IMG/VR virus record: IMGVR_UViG_2671180842_000004
Reading direction: 5' to 3' (one strand)
Source: an uncultured virus (IMG/VR IMGVR_UViG_2671180842_000004)
Lineage: Duplodnaviria > Heunggongvirae > Uroviricota > Caudoviricetes
DNA: 24,148 nucleotides
In this document: one piece after another, positions 16,914-24,148 of the stretch
Numbering within the stretch: the first letter of the stretch is position 1
How the letters are laid out: every line of letters begins with the position of its first letter
The notes under the pieces: model-generated
The model's input: the letters and a program-made list of their open reading frames with translations, nothing else
The model's database searches: none
Told to the model about the DNA's origin: nothing
Translations under genes and position numbers: made by a program

Positions 16914-17063
16914 TTAAATTGCCTCAGAGTTAATAACTTTCATGGTGCCATCTTCCATGAACTGAATAACTGTCTTAAACCCTCTCTGAACAATTTCAAC
17001 TATTTTATTTGAAGCATCTGCTCGACAAACTGTCTTACCATTACCATTCTTAATCACTTCCAT
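16914..17063 (-). CDS. Small hypothetical protein (49 aa), first gene of the leftward transcript
   Basis: Below the ORF-track cutoff. SD GGAGGTGA then ATG: MEVIKNGNGKTVCRADASNKIVEIVQRGFKTVIQFMEDGTMKVINSEAI*. Confidence 0.8.
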   Translation of the reverse strand: MEVIKNGNGKTVCRADASNKIVEIVQRGFKTVIQFMEDGTMKVINSEAI

Positions 17064-17126
17064 GCCCTCACCTCCGTTTCACTTAATAAAGATAATTTGT
17101 TTTTATTCGCGCAGTATATTGATGCG

Positions 17127-17155
17127 TTCGCAAATATAAAATTGAAATTTGCGAA
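17127..17155. promoter_or_regulatory. Inverted-repeat operator overlapping the rightward -35
   Basis: TTCGCAAAT-N11-ATTTGCGAA; further TTCGC half-sites at 17106 and in GCGAATTCGC near 17329. Confidence 0.6.
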
Positions 17156-17170
17156 AATACGTGATATAAT
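17142..17170 (+). promoter_or_regulatory. Sigma-A promoter for the defence operon
   Basis: TTGAAA (17142-17147), 17-nt spacer, TG-n-TATAAT (17165-17170). Confidence 0.85.
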
Positions 17171-17188
17171 TGTAAAAAGTTGTGTACA

Positions 17189-17294
17189 TTACAGATGGAC
17201 TGTACAGTGTCAACTTCCTTTGAAACAATTGTAGTAAAAATAAAAAACCATCTCTAACAGATGGGTACAGATGGATACAACCGGATACAAAGCA
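17189..17294 (+). repeat. 10-bp period degenerate direct repeats in the 5' leader of the defence operon
   Basis: TAACAGATGG GTACAGATGG ATACAACCGG ATACAAAGCA in tandem (17255-17294) plus TTACAGATGG at 17189-17198. Confidence 0.7.
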
Positions 17295-17312
17295 TGAAGG
17301 AGGTAATTTCTA

Positions 17313-18467
17313 TTGATATTGACATTTAGCGAATTCGCACAAATCCTGATGCCCATATTAGGTTCTGGGGCAAATACTGCAGAATTTACTAAAGAGTTGT
17401 TCTCTAATATCACTACTTTTCCAGATGATATGGATGGAGATTACAACCCTATTCATGACGTTACAAGTTCAGCTCTAAAAAGCTATTTTAATGGCACTAG
17501 GCCTATTTCATCTATGGCGAAAAAAATTAATAAATACATAGATATAGATAAGTTTGAGAACTATATTAATTCGGCAAATGAAGACGCTCAAAGCTCCTTA
17601 GGTAGTAAACTTTCGGAGTATTTTCCAGACATTAATGCGTTCAATACGCCTGAAAAGTGCGCTAAAATTTTCAAAGATATTCTTATTGAAAGTGCAACAT
17701 CAGGAAAAAGCAAAAAAGCCACTTCTACATCAAGTAAAAGTGGCCAATTAATAAGTGTTGACGTGCTAAAAAACGAGTTTGGTCTACGTCTAATTTTAGA
17801 GTCAAATGGTATTTGCCCCAACGATAATTGCTATCAACCTCTGTATGTTACGAGCAACAATGGTAAGACAGCAGCTAATTACGAAATTGCTCAAATCGAT
17901 CCAAAATTGAAACCTGATAGCTATGAAAACCTTATTGCTTTGTGTCCAAAATGTAAAAATAAGTATTTGTTATCTCCAAGTCAAGATGATATTAAACGCA
18001 TGGCAGATATTAAAAGACATCTTATGCTAGAAGCTAATGCTATTGAAGCTTTGGCTGATTCAAAGATAGAAGAGGGCGTAAATAGAGTTTTAAGAAAAAT
18101 AAGCACCACTCCATTCACAGAATTGATTCCTTTAAACTACGATCCAGTTGAAGTAAAAAGAAAGATTAAGAGAGACAATGTCCCTCTTTTTATCAAAATT
18201 CAAAGCAGTGTTAATATCTACTATCTTTATGTTGAGAATTTATTTCAACAGTTGAGTAAAGAAGGTCAATTACGGTTTGAGCCATTCTCCATGCAAGTGA
18301 AATTAAATTACTGGAATCTACGTGATCAGGGTTTATCACAATCTGATATCTATTATAAATTAGTTGATTGGCTTGCTAAAAACACAAATGAAAGTAAAGA
18401 ACCGTGCGAAGTGATTATTTCATATTTCGTACAGAAGTGCGAGGTGTTCGATGTTATTGCCGAATAA
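17313..18467 (+). CDS. lmuA: ABC-three-component/Lamassu-like effector: HTH-like N-terminal domain, degenerate HNH Zn domain, C-terminal CTD
   Basis: TTG start 8 nt after AAGGAGGT; CPNDNC...YEIAQI...ENLIALCPKC HNH scaffold; C-terminal CEVIISYFVQKCEVF as in ABC-3C CTDs; followed by overlapping small gene and ABC ATPase. Confidence 0.78.
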   Translation: MILTFSEFAQILMPILGSGANTAEFTKELFSNITTFPDDMDGDYNPIHDVTSSALKSYFNGTRPISSMAKKINKYIDIDKFENYINSANEDAQSSLGSKLSEYFPDINAFNTPEKCAKIFKDILIESATSGKSKKATSTSSKSGQLISVDVLKNEFGLRLILESNGICPNDNCYQPLYVTSNNGKTAANYEIAQIDPKLKPDSYENLIALCPKCKNKYLLSPSQDDIKRMADIKRHLMLEANAIEALADSKIEEGVNRVLRKISTTPFTELIPLNYDPVEVKRKIKRDNVPLFIKIQSSVNIYYLYVENLFQQLSKEGQLRFEPFSMQVKLNYWNLRDQGLSQSDIYYKLVDWLAKNTNESKEPCEVIISYFVQKCEVFDVIAE

Positions 18468-18678
18468 AATTTTCACATATAACGAAAGTATATTGTCTAA
18501 ATTCCCTTTTGTCCTTAAAGAACTGTCAATTTCTCCACAATCAGTAATAACTCTTTACATGAAGATGCGGCCTCTGATATCTGATGTGGGCGAATATATA
18601 GAAATCCTCGATTCTCTTTATGCATTACAGAAGATTGAATACGACGAAGATCGAGAGGTGTTGATATATGTTAGTTGA
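18451..18678 (+). CDS. lmuC: ABC-three-component middle component (LmuC-like), 75 aa
   Basis: MLLPNK...ESIL...LDSLYALQKI pattern; overlaps both neighbours; SD GAGGTG. Confidence 0.78.
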   Translation: MLLPNKIFTYNESILSKFPFVLKELSISPQSVITLYMKMRPLISDVGEYIEILDSLYALQKIEYDEDREVLIYVS

Positions 18679-20320
18679 AATACATTGTGATGAATTTATG
18701 TCCTATGGAAAGCCCCGAAAACCTATCATTTTCCATGAAGGACTTAATACTGTGCTCGGCGGCCAATCAGCAGATAATTCTATTGGTAAATCTACGTTCC
18801 TTCTAATCATAGATTATGTTTTTGGAGGCGATACTTACAAGTATTCAGATGCTGCACACAAACTGAAAAACCACTTTATTAAATTTGCTTTTAAGTTTGA
18901 TAATCAACACTATTATTTTTGTAGAGATATTGTTAACAGTGAGGAGGTTTCTGTTTGCGATAAAAACTATAATATTCAAAAAACTATACCACTTCAGGAG
19001 TTTAAAGATTTTCTATTTTCAAAATACAATATTAATCTTCCTCATGTTACTTTTAGAGATGTTGTCGGGCGCTATTTCAGAATTTACGGTAAAGATAATC
19101 ATTCTGAGAAAAAGCCTCTCCACTCAACCAGCTCAGAACCAGCTGAAAAGGCAATCACTGCTTTAGAAAAACTTTTTAATGTTTTTGATAGAATTCAAGA
19201 ATATAAAACGGTTGAGTCAATGAAGAAAGATAAGTTTGCAACATTTAAAAAGGCAAGGAAATTTGAGCTTTTGCCCTTCTCAATTACAACAAAACGTCAG
19301 TATAAAGAAAATGAAAAGGAAATTGCAAGATTACGGGAAGCTTTAGTTAATCTCACAGAACAAATAGACAAAGATTTATCACATGATGATCTAGTCCATG
19401 CGGAAGAAGCGTCAGCCATAAAAGCTGAAATAACCTCTATTAAGAGGCAGAGAAGCAGACTATTATCTCAACTTAAAGTTGTAACAAAAAACTTGAGTGG
19501 CGAACGCGTTATATCTGAAAGCGATATAGTTGAATTAGCGCAATTCTTTCCAGAGGCGGATATAAGAAAAATTAAAGATATTAACAGATTTCATGGTAAG
19601 ATGCAGCAAATATTAAGCGACGAAATGACTGAAGAGGCGGAAAGATTGCGGGTATTAATTGAGTCTACTGAAATAGAAATATCTAGACTTGAAGATGATT
19701 TACGGAAACTTGGTATTCCTGCGAATCTTTCAAAACGTTTTTTAGAAAATTATTCAGAAATAGAACGAAAAATCAATATGCTGGAAGCACAAAATAGTGC
19801 CTATATTAATTCAACTAATCTAAAGGAGGAGGTAAAAATAGCCTCTGAAAATCTTAGAATAGCCCAAGAAAAAGAACTGCGTTTTATAGAGAGCGAAATT
19901 AATGAGCAGATGGTCCGTTTCAATGATTTTATTTATGATGAAACCCGTAAGGCTCCTGTTATTGATTTAGATAATGGAAAGAGATATGAATTTTACACTC
20001 CTGACGATACCGGTACGGGGACTTCATTTAAAAGCCTTATTATTTTTGACTTGAGCATTCTTAAATTAACTCCACTACCTGCTATTGCTCACGATTCTCT
20101 AATTTTTAAAAACATAGGTGATGCTCCGATTGACAAGATAATGGAGTTGTACATGCAAAGTAAAAAACAGATTTTCATCTCTCTTGATAAAGATGGTGCT
20201 TACTCTGAAAAAACAAGGTCTATACTTAACAAAACAGCCGTATTGCATCTTAATGAAGGCGGCGATGAATTATTTGGTCGCTCTTGGAACAAAAAAGATG
20301 CGACCCAAGGAGGCTTATAA
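18668..20320 (+). CDS. lmuB: SMC/Rad50-like coiled-coil ABC ATPase (DUF2326-type, LmuB-like)
   Basis: N-terminal Walker A GLNTVLG...NSIGKST, long central coiled coil, C-terminal DTGTGTS signature-like segment and AIAHDS Walker B-like segment. Confidence 0.82.
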   Translation: MLVEIHCDEFMSYGKPRKPIIFHEGLNTVLGGQSADNSIGKSTFLLIIDYVFGGDTYKYSDAAHKLKNHFIKFAFKFDNQHYYFCRDIVNSEEVSVCDKNYNIQKTIPLQEFKDFLFSKYNINLPHVTFRDVVGRYFRIYGKDNHSEKKPLHSTSSEPAEKAITALEKLFNVFDRIQEYKTVESMKKDKFATFKKARKFELLPFSITTKRQYKENEKEIARLREALVNLTEQIDKDLSHDDLVHAEEASAIKAEITSIKRQRSRLLSQLKVVTKNLSGERVISESDIVELAQFFPEADIRKIKDINRFHGKMQQILSDEMTEEAERLRVLIESTEIEISRLEDDLRKLGIPANLSKRFLENYSEIERKINMLEAQNSAYINSTNLKEEVKIASENLRIAQEKELRFIESEINEQMVRFNDFIYDETRKAPVIDLDNGKRYEFYTPDDTGTGTSFKSLIIFDLSILKLTPLPAIAHDSLIFKNIGDAPIDKIMELYMQSKKQIFISLDKDGAYSEKTRSILNKTAVLHLNEGGDELFGRSWNKKDATQGGL

Positions 20321-20532
20321 TGTATATAAGTTATAACAAACTATGGAAGCTGCTAATTGACAAAAATATGAATAAACAAGATCTAAAAAAACTTAGCGGT
20401 GTTAGTTCTGCCTCTATTGCAAAACTAGGTAAAGGCGAAAACATCACTACAGATGTATTAGTCAAAATCTGTAAAGCACTTGATTGTGATATAACAGATA
20501 TTATGGAGTTAATTCACGAAGAGAAGAAATGA
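20320..20532 (+). CDS. Xre/Cro-C1 family HTH regulator (70 aa)
   Basis: MYISYNKLWKLLIDKNMNKQDL...SSASIAKLGKGENITTDVLVKICKALDCDITDIME; ATG overlaps the upstream TAA (TAATG); SD AGGAGG. Confidence 0.92.
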   Translation: MYISYNKLWKLLIDKNMNKQDLKKLSGVSSASIAKLGKGENITTDVLVKICKALDCDITDIMELIHEEKK

Positions 20533-20573
20533 ACATTCAACAACAAAGAAAATATGGAAAGGAAGCGTTTTAT

Positions 20574-22400
20574 ATGGATAACCAAACCTATAATTCAATA
20601 GTAAACTTTATTTGGGGAATAGCCGACGATTGTCTGCGAGACGTATATGTACGAGGTAAATATAGAGATGTAATCCTGCCTATGACAGTAATCCGCAGAT
20701 TAGATGCTGTATTAGAGGAAACTAAACCTGCTGTTCTTGAAATGAAAAAGAAACTAGACGAGGCAGGTATCACCAATCAGACTGCTGCACTATGCAATAC
20801 AGCTGGACAGTCATTTTGCAACAGTTCACCTTTTTGCTTGCGTGATTTAACCTCTAGAGCAAAGAAACAAACTTTAAAGGCAGATTTTATAGCGTATTTG
20901 GATGGTTTCTCTCCTAATGTTCAGGAGATATTAGATAAATTCAAATTCCGCAACCAAATAGACACTATGATCGATGCAGATATACTTGGTGCTGTTATCG
21001 AAAAATTTGTATCACCTACAATCAATTTAAGTCCCAACCCGGTTTATAAAGATGATGAAAAAAAGGAAATTCGTCTACCAGGTCTTGATAACCATACCAT
21101 GGGGGTAATATTTGAAGAACTTATTCGCCGCTTTAATGAAGAAAACAATGAAGAGGCCGGAGAACACTTTACCCCTCGTGATGTTGTCGAATTAATGGCC
21201 GATCTTATTTTTGTACCAGTAGCGGATAAAATTAAGGATGCAACTTATTCATGCTATGATGGGGCTTGCGGTACAGGTGGTATGCTTACCGTAGCCCAAG
21301 ACCGCCTGATGGAGCTTGCTGAAAAAGCTGGCAAGAAAGTATCTATTCATCTTTTTGGCCAGGAAATAAATCCAGAAACGTATGCTATAGCTAAGTCTGA
21401 TTTACTATTACAAGGCCAAGGAGATCAGGCGGACCATATTGGGTTTGGTTCCACCCTCTCTAACGACCAATTCCCTACCTACCAGTTCGACTTCATGCTA
21501 AGTAATCCACCGTATGGTAAATCATGGAAAGTTGATGCAGATAAGCTCGGTGGCAAGAAAGATATTATGGACAGTCGTTTTGTGACCAACTTTGCTGAAG
21601 ATCCTAATTTCAGTATGATTCCAAGAACAAGTGACGGACAGTTACTTTTCCTACTCAACAATGTTGCAAAAATGAAGAAAACTACCGAGTTAGGTAGCCG
21701 TATCGCAGAAGTGCATAATGGTTCCTCCTTATTTACAGGTGATGCCGGACAAGGTGAAAGTAATGCCCGACGCTATATGATAGAGAACGACCTTGTAGAA
21801 GCGATTATTGCGCTACCAGAAAATATGTTCTATAACACAGGAATTGGCACTTTTATTTGGATTCTTTCTAACAATAAAGCTGAACACAGAAAGGGTAAGA
21901 TTCAACTTATAGATGCTACTTCTTTAAAGTCGCCTCTTCGTAAAAACCTTGGGAAAAAGAACTGTGAATTCACTTCTGAGATTAGGCGCCAGATTTTGGA
22001 TTTATATATGGCTTTTGAGGAAAATGAGTATAGCAAAATTTTTGATAACAACGAGTTCGGTTATTGGAAAGTAACTGTTCTTCGCCCTGCATATAACGAA
22101 GATGGCACTATTCAGAGAGATAAAAAAGGAAAACCTTTTGTCAATAAAGAGCTAACAGATACAGAACAAATCCCTTTTACCTATGAAGGTGGCATCGAAG
22201 CATTCTTTGAAAAAGAAGTAAAGCCCTTTGCTCCCGATGCATGGATTGACGAAAAGCAGACAAAAATCGGTTATGAAATTAGTTTTACAAAATATTTCTA
22301 TAAACCGATTCAGCTAAGAACACTAGAAGAAATAACAGCAGACATTCGTTCACTCGAAGAAGAAACAGACGGATTACTTGCTGAGATTATAGGGGGTTGA
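20574..22400 (+). CDS. hsdM: Type I restriction-modification methyltransferase subunit
   Basis: FIWGIADD..., GEHFTPRDVV, YDGACGTGGML, GQEIN, SNPPYG, FYNTGIGT; start at ATG 20574 (SD AAAGGAAG), alternative 20529. Confidence 0.96.
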   Translation: MDNQTYNSIVNFIWGIADDCLRDVYVRGKYRDVILPMTVIRRLDAVLEETKPAVLEMKKKLDEAGITNQTAALCNTAGQSFCNSSPFCLRDLTSRAKKQTLKADFIAYLDGFSPNVQEILDKFKFRNQIDTMIDADILGAVIEKFVSPTINLSPNPVYKDDEKKEIRLPGLDNHTMGVIFEELIRRFNEENNEEAGEHFTPRDVVELMADLIFVPVADKIKDATYSCYDGACGTGGMLTVAQDRLMELAEKAGKKVSIHLFGQEINPETYAIAKSDLLLQGQGDQADHIGFGSTLSNDQFPTYQFDFMLSNPPYGKSWKVDADKLGGKKDIMDSRFVTNFAEDPNFSMIPRTSDGQLLFLLNNVAKMKKTTELGSRIAEVHNGSSLFTGDAGQGESNARRYMIENDLVEAIIALPENMFYNTGIGTFIWILSNNKAEHRKGKIQLIDATSLKSPLRKNLGKKNCEFTSEIRRQILDLYMAFEENEYSKIFDNNEFGYWKVTVLRPAYNEDGTIQRDKKGKPFVNKELTDTEQIPFTYEGGIEAFFEKEVKPFAPDAWIDEKQTKIGYEISFTKYFYKPIQLRTLEEITADIRSLEEETDGLLAEIIGG

Positions 22401-22404
22401 GAGA

Positions 22405-23796
22405 ATGTTGAAACCCTATGAAAAATATCAAAATACAGAATACGATTGGCTAGGGTTGATACCACTACATTGGCAATGGCTATATTTATCGCAAACATGT
22501 ACGGAGAAGAAGCAAATTAAAAACACAGGAAATATTGAAAAAAAGGTTCTTTCATTAAGCTATGGTAAAATTGTACCTCGTAAAAATGTTGATCTTGGTT
22601 TAGCCCCGAAAGACTATAGTAGTTACCAAATTGTAGATAAGAATGATATTATTCTGAGGCTTACGGATTTACAAAATGATAAAAAAAGTTTAAGGACTGG
22701 GCTTGTAAAGGAACGTGGGATAATCACATCTGCGTATACTTGCCTTAAGCCTTTTCAAAATGCTGCATATTTACAATATCTCCTTCATTCCTATGACACC
22801 CAAAAAGTGTTTTACGGAATGGGAGGCGGTGTGAGACAGTCAATAGGATATAAAGATATTAGAAATATTCGCATTCCTTTTCCTCCCCGCGAGGAACAAG
22901 ACCAAATCGTTCGCTTTCTCGATTGGAAGCTTGCTAAAATCAATAAACTAATTCGAGCAAAGAAAAAGCAGATTGCATTATTTAATGAACAAAGACAAGC
23001 TATTATAAATAACGTAGTTACAAAGGGGCTAGATTCCCACGCCAAGTTGAAGGAAAGTGGAATTTCCGGACTAGGGAGTATTCCATCTACGTGGAGTGTT
23101 AAACCCTTAAAATATTGGGCTAAAAGCAATTTACAATCACTTAACTCGTCAACTGAAGCAGATTTTGAATTTGATTATTTAGATATTAGTTCTGTCGGTT
23201 TTGGCTATGTTAAACAAGAACCCGTACATTATAGATTTGATGAAGCTCCTTCACGAGCAAGAAGAGTTGTAAAATATGGAGATACCATTATTTCAACAGT
23301 TAGAACTTATCTTCGTTCTATGTGTTTTATTGATCATGATATAGAGCATTGTATTGTTTCCACTGGCTTTTCTGTTCTATCACCTATTAAAGGAACAGTA
23401 TTACCAGAGATATTATCTTATGCATTGAGTTCAGATTACTTTGTCAATGAGGTAATAAAAAATTCAATAGGTGTTTCTTATCCTGCAATAAATAATAAAA
23501 AGTTATTAAGCTTAAAGGTTGCTCTCCCCTCAACAATAGAAGAACAACTACAGCTTTATAATGAAATTAAAACAAAAACAACTCTATTAGATAAAGGAAT
23601 TTTATCAATCAAACAGCAAGTTACTACTTTAAAGGAATTTCGTACCCGCCTTATTTCCGATGTGGTAACGGGAAAAGTCGATGTACGTGATATCGAAATA
23701 CCTGAATATGAAGCCGACTCTGATGAAACTATCGACGATGAAATTGATGATAATCTCGTCTTAGATGAAGAAGACGGAGAAATGGAGGTGGAATAA
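22405..23796 (+). CDS. hsdS: Type I restriction-modification specificity subunit
   Basis: Two TRDs each followed by conserved helices (PPREEQDQIVRFLD...; EEQ...LISDVVTGKVDVR); WLG.IP..W repeats; acidic tail. Confidence 0.95.
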   Translation: MLKPYEKYQNTEYDWLGLIPLHWQWLYLSQTCTEKKQIKNTGNIEKKVLSLSYGKIVPRKNVDLGLAPKDYSSYQIVDKNDIILRLTDLQNDKKSLRTGLVKERGIITSAYTCLKPFQNAAYLQYLLHSYDTQKVFYGMGGGVRQSIGYKDIRNIRIPFPPREEQDQIVRFLDWKLAKINKLIRAKKKQIALFNEQRQAIINNVVTKGLDSHAKLKESGISGLGSIPSTWSVKPLKYWAKSNLQSLNSSTEADFEFDYLDISSVGFGYVKQEPVHYRFDEAPSRARRVVKYGDTIISTVRTYLRSMCFIDHDIEHCIVSTGFSVLSPIKGTVLPEILSYALSSDYFVNEVIKNSIGVSYPAINNKKLLSLKVALPSTIEEQLQLYNEIKTKTTLLDKGILSIKQQVTTLKEFRTRLISDVVTGKVDVRDIEIPEYEADSDETIDDEIDDNLVLDEEDGEMEVE

Positions 23797-23797
23797 C

Positions 23798-24148
23798 ATG
23801 AGCGACGATTTTCATATGGAAATATCTATACCAGCAGATAACGATGGATATATACTTTTGCAATGCCCCAACTGTGGTACTTTCTTCAAAGCTACTCCTT
23901 CTGATATTGAGGACGATGGCGTACTTGAACTTTTTTGTCCAAGTTGTGGCCTTGTAGGAGAAGACTACATTACAGAGGATGTATTAGAGTTGGCTATGGC
24001 AATGGCGCAAAACAAGGCGATGGACATGATCCACGAAGAATTTAAAAAATGGAGCGTCAATTTAGGAAAGGACCTGTTACTTTTAAGGCTGGAAAACGTC
24101 CCAAGCATGAGCCTGAAAATCCAATTCGTTCTGGCATTGAAGCTCTAG
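23798..24148 (+). pseudogene. Zn-ribbon (CxxC...CxxC) protein, apparently frameshifted at an A6 run; true frame probably continues off the right edge
   Basis: SD GGAGGTGG, ATG 23798; CPNCG and CPSCG; after TTTAAAAAA (24041-24049) the -1 frame reads MERQFRKGPVTFKAGKRPKHEPENPIRSGIEAL and stays open to the window end. Confidence 0.55.

Larger units (their letters stand above)
1..17063 (-). mobile_element. Prophage: regulation, replication, lysogeny-control and start of packaging modules (continues past left edge; the plus-strand cargo to 24148 is probably part of the same element)
   Basis: Co-oriented, tightly packed phage-type genes: DNA pol A, DUF2800/DUF2815, BRO-ANT, VirE, VRR-NUC, SNF2, HNH, terminase small subunit. 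No integrase or att site is visible in the window. Confidence 0.92.

Noticed and set aside
17189..17294. Possible CRISPR-like array
   Set aside because: Units are 10 bp, abut directly, have no spacers and no cas genes are nearby.

Overview
Part of a Firmicutes (probably Clostridia-type) prophage and its accessory defence cargo. Positions 1-17063 are all on the minus strand. Reading in transcription order: a 49-aa ORF, a structured leader, a sigma-region-4 protein, a replication module (DUF2800 nuclease, DUF2815 SSB, family A DNA polymerase, BRO/ANT antirepressor, VirE-type primase-helicase, a candidate origin, VRR-NUC, SNF2 helicase), a late activator-like gene, HNH and terminase small subunit. 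A methylation cassette follows (metK, ParB-fused N6/N4 MTase, large C5 MTase). Positions 17313-24148 are a visibly more AT-rich plus-strand operon behind a near-consensus sigma-A promoter: an ABC-three-component/Lamassu-like system, an Xre HTH gene, type I R-M hsdM and hsdS, and an apparently frameshifted Zn-ribbon gene. Four things stand out. (1) A second protein with its own Shine-Dalgarno site is nested in the +1 frame of the C5 MTase, which also carries about eight TRD-like repeats. (2) The Lamassu-like effector has an HTH-like N-terminus and an HNH domain lacking its histidines, and sits where a prophage repressor would be expected. (3) A terminator-containing leader with alternative pairings lies upstream of the sigma-like gene. 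(4) A duplicated 42-bp promoter-like motif occurs upstream of two early genes. All family calls come from motif recognition by eye; no database search was run.
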